Below are positions 39,957 to 50,387 of a stretch of 64,000 nt of DNA, piece after piece. Origin of the DNA: Candidatus Multivoradales bacterium (GTDB taxonomy: Bacteria > Acidobacteriota > Thermoanaerobaculia > Multivoradales > JAHEKO01). The notes beneath the pieces were generated by a model. The model was not told where the DNA came from and did no database searches. It was given only the letters and a program-made list of their open reading frames with translations. Where the stretch lies: positions 288,001-352,000 of the forward strand of contig CBDFIJ010000004.1 in assembly GCA_965248055.1 (NCBI GenBank). Reading direction: 5' to 3'. Every line of letters begins with the position of its first letter. The stretch's first letter is position 1. The position numbers and the translations under genes are program-made.

Positions 39957-41540
39957 TTGATGCCATGTGCTGTTCTCTACTGCCGGGTTTCCAGCCAGAA
40001 ACAAGTTCGTGAAGGACATGGACTCAGTTCTCAAGAAACCACTTGCCGGCAATACGCTCGGGAACAGGGACTCACCGTTACTCGTGTTTTTACCGATGAT
40101 GCTTCGGGAGGAGGTGATTTCTGGAAACGTCCTGGGATCTGTCAGCTCCTTGCATTCCTCGAAGAACAGGAAGAGAAGAAATACGCCGTTGTCTTTGATG
40201 ACATTAAGAGATTTGCCCGCGACACGGTGTTCCACCTAAAACTGCGTCAGGAACTGGCGGTGAGAAACGCCTATCCCCTCTGCCCCACGTTCCGGTTTGA
40301 TGATTCTCCAGAAGGGGCATTTGTAGAAACGGTCATTGCGGCGACGGCAGAACTCGAGCGCAAGCAGAACCGACGGCAGGTCATTCGTCGGATGAAGGCA
40401 CGCCTTCAAGCCGGGTACTGGGTCTTCGGTCCTCCACTCGGATATCGGTATGGGAAGCAACGAGGACAGAAGATTCTTGTTCCAGATGCACCGGTATCTG
40501 ATGCCGTGACGGAGGCTTTGGAAAAATATGCTTCTGGAGAACTGCCCACGCAGCGAAGTGTCGGACGCTTTCTTCAACAACAAGGGTGCTCACGGCACTC
40601 GTCAACACACCGGTCAGTCCCGGCAGAAACCATACGGCGATTGCTCAGCAATGAGATCTATTCCGGCTGGTGTGTTTGCACCAAATGGAATCTGCGGGTG
40701 AAGGGAATTCATAAGGCGCTTATTAGCGAAGAAACCCATCGAAGGATTCTCAGCAGACTCGATCACCGGAAGAAAACGAAGGGAGTGAAGTGTCTCAAGA
40801 AAAGGGAAGAATTTCCCCTGCGAGGATTCCTGCGATGCACTCGATGTGATCGGCAGGTTTCTTCCTATTGGGCCAAAGGACGAAGCAAACGATACGCCTA
40901 CTACGGGTGCCCGAATCCCGGGTGTTTCACCATACGGAAAGAGAAGATGGAGGATCAGTTTCTTGATCGATTGCAGCAGGCCGTGCCTTCTGCAGGCTCT
41001 GTAAAACTCCTTGAAACCGTTTTGACCGATGCCTTCCAGAACAAACAGACCTTGCGGGACATCAACCGAACCGGTCAGCGAAAAGAAAAAGTGACCATCC
41101 AGAAAAAAATAGATACGTGTCTCGAAGCACTGGAGAACGCCTCAACGCCTGCTGTCCGACAGATCTATGAAGAACGGATCGAGACCCTGCAAGCCGAACT
41201 CGATCGGCTGGCAACAGCAAGAAGCGATGAAGCGCAATACACTCTTGAACCACTCCTCACCAGTGGCAGAGCCATTCTGCAAAACCCGGTGCGAACCTGG
41301 AAAAACAGCGATCTGAGCCGTCGCCAGATTATCCAGAAGCTTGTCTTCATCCCGCCTATTGCGTATCACAGAGAATCAGGACTTCGAACCGCTCGATTCT
41401 CGCTTCTCTACCGTCTCATCCGGCAGTCGGAAAAGGGGAAATCCTGTTTGGTGGACCTCGTTACATCGCAGATAAACCCGGTAGCCGAGGAGTTGCATCG
41501 TTGGGAAATCGTGCTGCGAGGAGAGAAACCGGCAGCCTGA
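39957..41540 (+). CDS. Large serine recombinase
   Basis: YCRVSSQKQ (catalytic Ser), IKRFARD, recombinase domain PPLGY, Zn ribbon CTRC..YYGC, coiled coil. Confidence 0.94.
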   Translation: MMPCAVLYCRVSSQKQVREGHGLSSQETTCRQYAREQGLTVTRVFTDDASGGGDFWKRPGICQLLAFLEEQEEKKYAVVFDDIKRFARDTVFHLKLRQELAVRNAYPLCPTFRFDDSPEGAFVETVIAATAELERKQNRRQVIRRMKARLQAGYWVFGPPLGYRYGKQRGQKILVPDAPVSDAVTEALEKYASGELPTQRSVGRFLQQQGCSRHSSTHRSVPAETIRRLLSNEIYSGWCVCTKWNLRVKGIHKALISEETHRRILSRLDHRKKTKGVKCLKKREEFPLRGFLRCTRCDRQVSSYWAKGRSKRYAYYGCPNPGCFTIRKEKMEDQFLDRLQQAVPSAGSVKLLETVLTDAFQNKQTLRDINRTGQRKEKVTIQKKIDTCLEALENASTPAVRQIYEERIETLQAELDRLATARSDEAQYTLEPLLTSGRAILQNPVRTWKNSDLSRRQIIQKLVFIPPIAYHRESGLRTARFSLLYRLIRQSEKGKSCLVDLVTSQINPVAEELHRWEIVLRGEKPAA

Positions 41541-41686
41541 ATCTGGTTTCTTCGCAGACCGGGGAGCGACGAAGGACGTTCTTTACAGTACGCCTGAGTA
41601 CGATGGAAGTCCATGTGAAGTGGTTACTCAATGGTTACTTCTCAAATGCAGATCGTGATGTATTTTTCCGTAAGTCTTTTAGAATG

Positions 41687-41762
41687 TGGAGCCGGCACTC
41701 GGATTCGAACCGAGGACCTGCTGATTACAAGTCAGCTGCTCTAGCCCCTGAGCTATGCCGGC
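41687..41762 (-). tRNA. tRNA-Thr(TGT)
   Basis: GCCGGCA..TAGCTCAG..CTGAC-TTGTAA-TCAG..GGTTCGAATCC..TGCCGGCTCCA cloverleaf. Confidence 0.97.
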
Positions 41763-41959
41763 TACCGTCCTACCTTCGGGAATAGTAGCAACCTGCGTCG
41801 CAAGGGTGAGACTAAATCGCGAGCCTACTGGTCCTGGGACTGGCCAGACAGACGATCAATAGCGCTAGTGTATTTAGTCACATAGCTTTTGGAGCACTAA
41901 TCCATAACATTCCTTCGCAAGGTCGGTTGGAGGGTACCGGGTTTCGTCTTAGGAGGACC

Positions 41960-42607
41960 GTGCAGTATCAATACAATCTTTGCTGCCGTCGAGTCGCGCT
42001 TTTGAAGTGCGCTGGGTTCTCGCTATTGGAGTTACTTGTCACTCTCGCGGTTTTCTCGGTCGCGCTAACCGCCCTTATTCCATCGCTTCACCAGCAATTC
42101 GAGCGGGCCAAGTTTTTTGGTGTCGCCCGTGAAGTTGGTGCCGGTGCTCGACTGTCACGGTCGACAGCGATCAAAATACATTCGCCTGTAGTTCTGGTAG
42201 TCAACCCGGTTACCGGCACTTTGATGTCTTATGTAGATGTCAACAGGAACGACATTTTCGACCCCGACTCGACTAAGCCAAAAGGAACCGTTGACTACCA
42301 AGTGATGCGCTTGCGCCTCAACGGTGTTATCGGCCTGGGAGCCCCTACCGGGGAATTTCTGATCGAGGGATTCGAACCACAACTAAACGGTAGGAAAACG
42401 GTTTTTGGTGCCAACGGCACAGTGTCTACCACAGGAGCGGTCCGACTATCTGATGGACAAGAGAATTTCTTGGAGGTCAGGATCGCTCCATTGGGAACCG
42501 CCCGCGTGAGTCTTCGGAAATACGATGTCACTCGACCTGCCAACGAGGAAGGGACGCACTGGTATGGGCGTCGTGAAGGTGGCCAAGCATGGCGATGGAA
42601 CTCGTAG
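41960..42607 (+). CDS. Type IV minor pilin FimT/GspH-like (start uncertain)
   Basis: Prepilin motif AGFSLLELLVTLAV. Confidence 0.82.
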   Translation: MQYQYNLCCRRVALLKCAGFSLLELLVTLAVFSVALTALIPSLHQQFERAKFFGVAREVGAGARLSRSTAIKIHSPVVLVVNPVTGTLMSYVDVNRNDIFDPDSTKPKGTVDYQVMRLRLNGVIGLGAPTGEFLIEGFEPQLNGRKTVFGANGTVSTTGAVRLSDGQENFLEVRIAPLGTARVSLRKYDVTRPANEEGTHWYGRREGGQAWRWNS

Positions 42608-43164
42608 ATACCCAACCCCAAAGCGGTGTTAGTTTGATCGAAGTGCTGATCGCGCAACTCGTGGCATTGGTCGCACTGCTAGGAATCTTGCCGCTTTTCT
42701 TTGGTGGTATCCGCGACAATCTTCAGGCACGTGAACTCGCGGCGGTGTCAAATTATGCGCGGTCGGAATTGGAGTCAAAGCTAGCGTTCGGAGCGTCGCA
42801 CTGGACGATGCAATTGCAAAATGGAGTCGAATCCTTGAGCACCGAATCCCTGGGCATAGGAACGCGTGCCATTGGGGATGAGCACTGGGGTGGAGCCGGT
42901 CTACAACGCTACGCTCGGGAAACGCGGGTCGGATTGTACTCTCTCGGAACGGTGCAGGACGTCTCAGGTAACGGTGTGGTTGATCAGATTTCCGGCATTG
43001 GCGACGATGACAATGACGGGATACTCGATAGCCCCCTCCTGGCTGGTTCCTCACCCAATCTTGTCCACCTGCGAATGCTGGATGTACTGGTCGATAATGT
43101 GCGCACCAGCGGACCTCTGGGAAGCTCTAGGGATCTGGAAGTAAGGTTATTCATCGGCTTCTAA
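42589..43164 (+). CDS. Type IV minor pilin PilV-like
   Basis: SGVSLIEVLIA prepilin motif; cluster position. Confidence 0.78.
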   Translation: MAMELVDTQPQSGVSLIEVLIAQLVALVALLGILPLFFGGIRDNLQARELAAVSNYARSELESKLAFGASHWTMQLQNGVESLSTESLGIGTRAIGDEHWGGAGLQRYARETRVGLYSLGTVQDVSGNGVVDQISGIGDDDNDGILDSPLLAGSSPNLVHLRMLDVLVDNVRTSGPLGSSRDLEVRLFIGF

Positions 43165-43166
43165 GA

Positions 43167-44549
43167 ATGAACCGACGACCTTTAGAAGTGCTCCCCCAGG
43201 CCGGCTTCAGTCTCATTGAGTTGGTCATCAGCTTGATTCTCTCGGTGGGGTTGCTGACCGTAGTACTTACTGCCTTCGCATCCACCAACGAACTAGCTCG
43301 CTCGCACATATCCCTGGCGGAGTCGCAGCAGTCGGGGCGAATCGCGATGCATGAGGTTTCCCGACTCGTCCGCATGGCCGGACGAGGAGGCCTGAACGGT
43401 CGCCTGATCCCTGATCCAGCTGGCACACCCAACGTCGTCTCTAGCTCGGCACTTGAGGTTCGAGACAACGTAGGATTCGCGGGCACTTCTACCGAAGTTC
43501 TAATCGGATGGCCGGCATCGCCCACCGCCATCTACGGCAGCGACATTTTGACGGTGCGGGGCGTCATGAACGGCACCATGTACCAACTCGCGATTGGTTC
43601 ATCCTTTACCCTAATGGATCAATCTGGGGTGCCCGCCACTCCTGATACGGCGGCGCAAGGGGCTCTCTTGGTTCGCTCAGTCAACCCGGCGGGATTGGCG
43701 CAAGACTTGGAAAAGCTACTAAGTGCTGTTGAGGGCGGGCAAACCGTACCACTGCTGCTGGTTTCCTCCGATGAAGACAACATTCACGCAGTCGTTCAGC
43801 TGACCAACGTTGAGGTTACAGCGGAGGACGACAGTGGCGGGCCACAGGAGGTAAGACTGCGGTTCAATATCCAAAGCGGCTCGATGGAGCTAGACGGCTA
43901 CCGTTCGCTATACAACGCCAACACACCTGGGCTACCGGCCGCTCTCCGCAGCGTTTCTCTGGTCGGTGTTGTTGAGGAACACCGTTTCTTTGTTCGGGAG
44001 AGCTACAGCGTCGCCGGAGATACCAGTTCGGAGGTGCGTCACAAACTGGCCGTGATGCGCGTGTTGCCTGGAAGCGAAGCTCCGATGGGTGACATTTCGA
44101 GCGCTACACAAGATGTCGTTGATGACATATCTGCTTTTCAAGTCGCCCTTGGGTTCCTATCGATTCTCGGTCCTCCTCCCATTGACCGCAATAACGATGG
44201 GCAGATCACCATAGACGACCAAGAAATCAACGAATCAACCACTGGCGATAATGACGACTGGTTATTCAATGGCCCGTCTGACGACCCGACCGATCCAGCT
44301 CAACCTTGGGGTCCTCCGTGGGACGACGATCCAGTCACGCCAGCGCCACCACAACCCAAACTGATCGCCCTGAGAATTTCAGCTCTGGTTCGCAGTGACA
44401 GACCGGACCCCGGCTATTTCGCACCCCAGGTCACTCAGATCGAAAACGCCATTTACTCGGACCCAGGGCTACGGTATTGGAACAGTGAATTTGAAAGGCA
44501 CTTTCGCCGACAGTTGGTGCGAACCGTGGTCGAGCCGCGCAACCTATGA
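43167..44549 (+). CDS. Type IV minor pilin PilW-like
   Basis: AGFSLIELVIS, LVRMAG, C-terminal PRNL. Confidence 0.82.
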   Translation: MNRRPLEVLPQAGFSLIELVISLILSVGLLTVVLTAFASTNELARSHISLAESQQSGRIAMHEVSRLVRMAGRGGLNGRLIPDPAGTPNVVSSSALEVRDNVGFAGTSTEVLIGWPASPTAIYGSDILTVRGVMNGTMYQLAIGSSFTLMDQSGVPATPDTAAQGALLVRSVNPAGLAQDLEKLLSAVEGGQTVPLLLVSSDEDNIHAVVQLTNVEVTAEDDSGGPQEVRLRFNIQSGSMELDGYRSLYNANTPGLPAALRSVSLVGVVEEHRFFVRESYSVAGDTSSEVRHKLAVMRVLPGSEAPMGDISSATQDVVDDISAFQVALGFLSILGPPPIDRNNDGQITIDDQEINESTTGDNDDWLFNGPSDDPTDPAQPWGPPWDDDPVTPAPPQPKLIALRISALVRSDRPDPGYFAPQVTQIENAIYSDPGLRYWNSEFERHFRRQLVRTVVEPRNL

Positions 44550-45073
44550 GAACGCCTTCCCGCACCTTCGGTTTTGCCTACATTGGGGTCATGTTGGTAC
44601 TGCTGCTTCTCACAATCATTGCGATCGCGTTTGTCCAGGTCACTCAGAACGAAAAGAGGATCGCCAACAACGAGCGGTCGGCCCAAAGAGTCCAGTACGC
44701 TGCCGAAAGCGGGATTCATATTGCGGTCGCCAAGTACATTGTGTCCACCGACGTACGTCCGATGCAGCTTGAGTTTAGGGAGCCAGGTCGAGATCGACCC
44801 GGCAGGGTTGCGATTGACCAACGGATCGAGGTCACTCCACTAGTGCCGATCGCCAACTCACCGTGCAACTACTGCCAGGTCAACCCTGAAGACCCCTTCG
44901 TCAGAGTTACCCAGGTATTGAATTCAACCGCCACCAGAGTGGGCGCGGTCAATGGTGAGGTACTCGCCAGTCAATCCTTGTCGGTGATGATTGGTGTGCA
45001 GCCGGCTAGGCCATCCGCCGCTAGTTCCCGCGATGCAATGGTTCGATTAGGAGACCATGAGATTGTCTATTAA
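44546..45073 (+). CDS. PilX-like minor pilin
   Basis: GFAYIGVML lacks Glu+5; YAAESGI. Confidence 0.8.
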   Translation: MRTPSRTFGFAYIGVMLVLLLLTIIAIAFVQVTQNEKRIANNERSAQRVQYAAESGIHIAVAKYIVSTDVRPMQLEFREPGRDRPGRVAIDQRIEVTPLVPIANSPCNYCQVNPEDPFVRVTQVLNSTATRVGAVNGEVLASQSLSVMIGVQPARPSAASSRDAMVRLGDHEIVY

Positions 45074-48000
45074 GCGCAAGATTCTGGGTTCGGCGATCAT
45101 GACGTTGGCCGCCGCTGGTTTGTGGCCAGCATTCGCTGACGACCGGGATCTATTTCGCGAGACCACAGACGATCCATACATCTTTGTCATTTTCGACGTT
45201 TCTGGGTCAATGAACTGGGCTCCAGGCACGGATGGCTTCGCCGCGGCTACCGGAGACGATCCTGGCTCCAAGCTATACCAAGCGAAATCCGCTCTCTACC
45301 GCACCTTGCTGGATGAAGATCTCAATGGGGTTCGCTGGGGGTTTGCCACTTACAACCGCGATGCTCACCGGATCTACCGAAAGCACTGGCTCTACACTCC
45401 GACATCCGCTCCCGCCTGGGCAAATCGTGTACCGTTCCCTCTTCCCGGGGACGCCAAGGTCTTTGGCGACCCTTGTTACGACGACTCGGATAGCGACACC
45501 TCGTGCGACTTTGACAGCAACACGACGCTGGGGAGTTGTAACTCGGTACGCGATCTCGCCAACGCCGAAAGCAAAGGTGAGGTCATGACCTATCCGGTAT
45601 TGGGGGACAACCCTACACCGTCGAGTACTACATGGCAGTCCGCTCAGTGGATTCGATATCAGTCGACAAGATATCGCGTTTTGTGGGGACTCCGTGCAGG
45701 TACTCTCGGTGATCCAGGCATTCAAGTTGATGTCATGCTGCAGGAAGTAAATTCCTCTTGCACTGCAATCGTCTCCCAGGAAACTGCGGAACTGGAGTTT
45801 GAGCCAATGTTCTCGGAGGACGAAACCGGAAGGCCCCTTGACGGAGCGACAGGTTTTATCGACTGGGAGATAGACAGCCATGTTGACAATCAAGGCAACC
45901 CGGGAGGCTTTTTTGGCGCTTTGGACTCGACCGCAACCAACACTTGCGCCGGTTGGGAGCCCAATACCGACTTGGCTTCGGATTCCGCAGTCGGGGCATC
46001 TTTGATCTACCCTTCGATCCAGGACCCAGCGAATCGACCAGATATATTCAACCGTGGCGATGTGATCCCGCTCGACTGGCAAGATGAATCTGTCTGGCCG
46101 ACCACTAATCGTGATCTGATCCTCGCCCGGCTGGCACCCAATCTCGCCACCGGAGCGTCAATTCCCGACTTCCGTATTGCGCCTTACTTCAAAAATCACC
46201 CCGACACCCTGAAACCAGTTGGTACAACCGGTCACTTAAGCTTGCTCCCGCAGTATCAAGACACACCGCCCTTGTTCGGATTCGGGGCTACTCCCATCGG
46301 CAACTCGATGGATGATTTTGGCAGTTGGATTGAACAATGGTTTGTAACCGCTGACAGCGCAGATGGAGACCAGAACCTAGCCTGTCGGCCGATCACCCTG
46401 TTGATTCTCACAGACGGTGACGAGACCTGTTTCGACGACACCGACAACAACCCAGCTACCGGCACCCAGGATCAGGAAGGCGACTGGAACCCCTGCACAG
46501 TGGCAACTCGCTTGCGAACAAAAGACGACGTACGGACATTTGTGGTGGGGTTTGGAGTACAAGACTCACCAGACAATTTTCTCAGCTGCATCGCCAACAA
46601 CGGCGGAACCGGTCCCACCGACCACAACGGAGACGGCCTCGAAGATGGTCCAGGAGTGCTCTTTCCAGAAGACGAGGACTCCCTGGTTGCCTCACTTCGG
46701 CAGATCGTGCTGAGTGTCAAATCAGGTCGCCGTACCTTCACCAGTGCTTCTTCGCCGCAATCGCAAGTGAGCGTTGCAGACACTACTTTCGTCGCCAGCT
46801 TTGAACCGACCACCGGAACTGCGATCTGGCCGGGCAGACTCGACGCTTACCTCAAACCGATTCCTTTGATCTCTAAGGACCTTGAAGGAGGGCCCCAGCT
46901 GGTTCCTGATCGTGACCGGATCTGCACTGCCACCAACGATGCGAGCTGCCGCCTGTGGGATGCCGGCGAGCAACTGTTGTTGCAGGCAAGCCCCAATGCG
47001 GCGAACGGCAACTACAATCTCGGTTCCGGAGCCAACCAGCGACGCGTCTACTGGTCCAAACCAATCGCGGGCACTGCCATCAGTCAGAGGGATCTTTTTG
47101 ATCGACCTGCCAATGACACCGAATGGGATCTGCTGCTCAAAGACCTAGGACTTTGTAACAGCGACCAATCATCAGCTGAATGCTCGGCGACGGTGGAAAA
47201 GCGTCAGAAGGGCGCCGACGCGTTAGATTTCTTCCATCAAATCAAAACCACGCCCGACCCAGATGACCCGACGCTGACCATGAATTACCTGCTCGGAGAC
47301 ATTTTCCACTCTGACCCGGTGTTGGTTACTGCGCCCAACGATCAGATCTATTTCTCCCGTGATCTATTCGGATCAGGCGTTGACCCCTCTCCAGACTTTT
47401 GCTCGACATCCCCAGCCGGCTACCGCTGTTTTGCAGAGCAACATCGCAATCGCAGAAGAATGCTTCTCGCTGCATCCAATGACGGGCAGTTGCACGCCTT
47501 CGACGCCGGCATCATGCGGGGTACCTGCAGTTCGACCAACCCAGACCTGATTGAGGGAACCTACGACACCGGAACAGGCCACGAGCTGTTCTCCTTTGTG
47601 CCAAAGACAGCCCGAGAAAAGCTGGTGCGACAATCGAAGCAATTCGCACACGACTACACCGTTGACGGACCAATTCGAACCGGATCCGTGTTCATCGACG
47701 CCAAGTTCGGTGACGGAGTCGGCCCCGAGTGGCGAACGGTTGCTGTCGCCGGCGTGCGCGAAGGTGGTACCGGGTTGTTCGCGCTCGATATCACCCAACC
47801 GGATCGACTTCAAGATTGCGCCGGACTTAGCGTATTACCGGTACCCAACTCCGGATACGTGCCGTCTTGCTCCGACACCAATTGCTCACGTGATTCGTCG
47901 GCCTTCGCCGACACAATATTTCCGCTCGCTCTGTGGGAGTTTCGAGACTCGTTTGACTGCAGCGCCGGATTGGTCGACGAACAGTGCGACGATGACCAGA

Positions 48001-49169
48001 ACGGCTCTCCGGATCTGGCCGCGACTTGGTCGGTACCATCGCTCGGTCTGATCAGGGTGGTTGACCAAGGAGTGACGGTCGCTCGCTCGGTGGCAATCTT
48101 CGGTGGTGGCATGGATGCCGCCAACAAGGGTCTTCGTTTCAATACCGGCGGTAACTTTGTTTACATGGTCGACATCGAAACCGGACGGGCAATCTACAAA
48201 CAGCAGGTTCTTGGGGCTGTGCCCTCTTCAATCGCCGCTCTGGACTTGGATCAAGATGGCTTCATCGACACTGCCTACTTCGGAACCGACGCGGGCTTGG
48301 TCTACAAGATCGACCTACGAGCACCGCAGATTCTTGCAGATCAACCGAGTGGCGCTCGCAGAGTCACGGCTGCGGAATGGCAACCGTTTCCACTATTTGA
48401 CGCCGGTGAAGAACAGATTTTCTTCCGACCGGGCGTCGTTTTCGTACCCGCAGAAGGGCAATATGCACTCGCATTCGGTACCGGCGACCGCGAAGACTTG
48501 TGGCAGGAGCAAACCGAGCCGGGTCGTTTCTATTTTCTGCTTGACCAGTTCACAATCGATGGGACCGTCCGAGAAGCGAGGCGTATTGATTTTTCTGGCC
48601 CCAACGCCTTCCTACCACTAGGACGCGCGGACTACCAGGAGATTTTTCCGGACGACGCAGCACTCGACCATATTGATTTGGTCAGCCATCCAACCACCGA
48701 ATATGGTGGCTGGTACCTGACCTTGGAGGAAACTGAACGGGTAATCTCCCATTCGTTTTCCCTTGCCGGTGTTACCATTTTCAGCACCTTCATTCCGCAA
48801 GAGGACCTGAGTGGAATCGACGGAGTGTGCCGTCGCGGCGGGGTCAGCCGGGCCTTCGTAGTGCAATCCAATAACGCCGATTTTCTCGGCGAAGATGAGC
48901 GCTTTACTACGTTCAGTGATTTCCTCACCCAGCCCTATATTGACCAGGGTGCCTCCTCTAGCTCCAACGGGGATGACACCGGCGAAGCGGTCGGGGAGCT
49001 TGGCGAACGGGAAGTGCGAATCATTAACGAGCTCAAGGTCCTGCAGCCAGATGCCTGCCGGTTCCCTGGACAGACCATCAACATCAACTCCTTTAGCTCT
49101 CAAAGCGGGTACCGGTTTATCGCTCCGATTCCCATCTGTGTTATTCAGAGCAATTGGAAAGATCTATAA
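45057..49169 (+). CDS. PilY1/PilC type IV pilus tip adhesin with vWA domain
   Basis: FDVSGSM MIDAS, LTDGDE, LGDIFHSDP, SNDGQLHAFD, VDGP, DLDQDGFID, FGTGDR. Confidence 0.9.
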   Translation: MRLSIKRKILGSAIMTLAAAGLWPAFADDRDLFRETTDDPYIFVIFDVSGSMNWAPGTDGFAAATGDDPGSKLYQAKSALYRTLLDEDLNGVRWGFATYNRDAHRIYRKHWLYTPTSAPAWANRVPFPLPGDAKVFGDPCYDDSDSDTSCDFDSNTTLGSCNSVRDLANAESKGEVMTYPVLGDNPTPSSTTWQSAQWIRYQSTRYRVLWGLRAGTLGDPGIQVDVMLQEVNSSCTAIVSQETAELEFEPMFSEDETGRPLDGATGFIDWEIDSHVDNQGNPGGFFGALDSTATNTCAGWEPNTDLASDSAVGASLIYPSIQDPANRPDIFNRGDVIPLDWQDESVWPTTNRDLILARLAPNLATGASIPDFRIAPYFKNHPDTLKPVGTTGHLSLLPQYQDTPPLFGFGATPIGNSMDDFGSWIEQWFVTADSADGDQNLACRPITLLILTDGDETCFDDTDNNPATGTQDQEGDWNPCTVATRLRTKDDVRTFVVGFGVQDSPDNFLSCIANNGGTGPTDHNGDGLEDGPGVLFPEDEDSLVASLRQIVLSVKSGRRTFTSASSPQSQVSVADTTFVASFEPTTGTAIWPGRLDAYLKPIPLISKDLEGGPQLVPDRDRICTATNDASCRLWDAGEQLLLQASPNAANGNYNLGSGANQRRVYWSKPIAGTAISQRDLFDRPANDTEWDLLLKDLGLCNSDQSSAECSATVEKRQKGADALDFFHQIKTTPDPDDPTLTMNYLLGDIFHSDPVLVTAPNDQIYFSRDLFGSGVDPSPDFCSTSPAGYRCFAEQHRNRRRMLLAASNDGQLHAFDAGIMRGTCSSTNPDLIEGTYDTGTGHELFSFVPKTAREKLVRQSKQFAHDYTVDGPIRTGSVFIDAKFGDGVGPEWRTVAVAGVREGGTGLFALDITQPDRLQDCAGLSVLPVPNSGYVPSCSDTNCSRDSSAFADTIFPLALWEFRDSFDCSAGLVDEQCDDDQNGSPDLAATWSVPSLGLIRVVDQGVTVARSVAIFGGGMDAANKGLRFNTGGNFVYMVDIETGRAIYKQQVLGAVPSSIAALDLDQDGFIDTAYFGTDAGLVYKIDLRAPQILADQPSGARRVTAAEWQPFPLFDAGEEQIFFRPGVVFVPAEGQYALAFGTGDREDLWQEQTEPGRFYFLLDQFTIDGTVREARRIDFSGPNAFLPLGRADYQEIFPDDAALDHIDLVSHPTTEYGGWYLTLEETERVISHSFSLAGVTIFSTFIPQEDLSGIDGVCRRGGVSRAFVVQSNNADFLGEDERFTTFSDFLTQPYIDQGASSSSNGDDTGEAVGELGEREVRIINELKVLQPDACRFPGQTININSFSSQSGYRFIAPIPICVIQSNWKDL

Positions 49170-49537
49170 GCCGCCGCAGAACTTAAGACCGGATATTTCG
49201 TCTACCGCTCAACTGATAGCAGGACGGTGATGCCGTAGATCCGCTCGGCGCGACTTATTTGTCTCTCATCAGAGGCGGAAAGTACTTTGTTACGCGATCT
49301 CAGCTAACACGACCGTCACCAACTGTACACAGTCATCTATGTCAATCTCCGCTTAGCCGCAATTTTTCTGACGAAAATTTTCTTCAGCACACAAGTCAAG
49401 CCTTCGGAATGAGGAGCATCTGCACAGGTATCTGTATTTGAAGAACTGATCAATTCTCTCCGCCGAAGTGCCAGTAGCTTAGCTAAGTTCACCCGAGGTC
49501 CGAAATTCACTTCTCAGGTAGTCCACCGTCTCATCGA

Positions 49538-50302
49538 TCACGGCGATTGCCCTCTGGACCGCTGGCGCACTGCTTCGTAGAGGATCGCGGAGGCGGCGGT
49601 GGTCAGGTTGAGGGATTCGACCTGGCCTCGCATCGGTAACCCGATCAGGCCGTCGCAACGTTCTTTGGTGAGGCGACGCAGGCCGTCTTGTTCGCCCCCG
49701 ATAGCGATCGCGACTTTGCCAGTCAGGTCCATTTCCCAAGGCGGTCGGCCGGCACCGTCGGCACCATAGACCCAAAATCCTTGCTCTTGGAGTTCTTCGA
49801 TCTGGCGTACGGAATTGGTTACTCGTTCGACGGGGAGATGCTGCGTTGCTCCGGCGGAGGTCTTGTCCACCACCGCGTCGGCTTGGGTGGAGCCGTGGTC
49901 TCGGACCAGGACCCGGGCGACGCCAGCAGCTTCGCAAACGCGAACCAACGCCCCTAGGTTACGCGGATCTTGGATGTCTTCGGCGAGCACTACCAGATCT
50001 TGGTCGCGGGCACCGGAATCCGCCTGTTCGTTGTCGGCCTCGGTGAGTTCAGCGGCAAATCCATTGTGCACCGAATGGCTGTGGGGCGAGCTGATGCCAG
50101 TAGTCGCGTGTGTGGCAGAAGCCAGGCTGTCGAACCACGCAGTCTCGGTCGACTCGCAGGTCACCCCATGAGTCGCACATAGCTCTTCAACGGTCCGACG
50201 CCGACGATTCTGTTTATTCTGGTCGATACGCACGCGCACCACGGCCTGCGGTTTGGATCGCAGTGCTTCCCGGATCGGGTGGAAACCGTATATCCAGCCC
50301 AT
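49538..50302 (-). CDS. rlmB: 23S rRNA (G2251-2'-O)-methyltransferase, TrmH family
   Basis: YGFHPIREAL, DPRNLGA, GGEQDG, ESLN. Confidence 0.9.
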   Translation of the reverse strand: MGWIYGFHPIREALRSKPQAVVRVRIDQNKQNRRRRTVEELCATHGVTCESTETAWFDSLASATHATTGISSPHSHSVHNGFAAELTEADNEQADSGARDQDLVVLAEDIQDPRNLGALVRVCEAAGVARVLVRDHGSTQADAVVDKTSAGATQHLPVERVTNSVRQIEELQEQGFWVYGADGAGRPPWEMDLTGKVAIAIGGEQDGLRRLTKERCDGLIGLPMRGQVESLNLTTAASAILYEAVRQRSRGQSP

Positions 50303-50387
50303 GGATTCAAACCCCGTTTCGCAGCCTAAGAGTCTCGGCGGCGAGACTCTGCAGCGCTGGCCCTAGCGATCAAGGACAGCGCCGGCG

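Larger units (their letters stand above)
33853..41735. mobile_element. ~7.8-kb integrative element at tRNA-Thr
   Basis: Bounded by att direct repeats; carries an integrase; TGGTTACT doublets near both ends. Confidence 0.9.
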
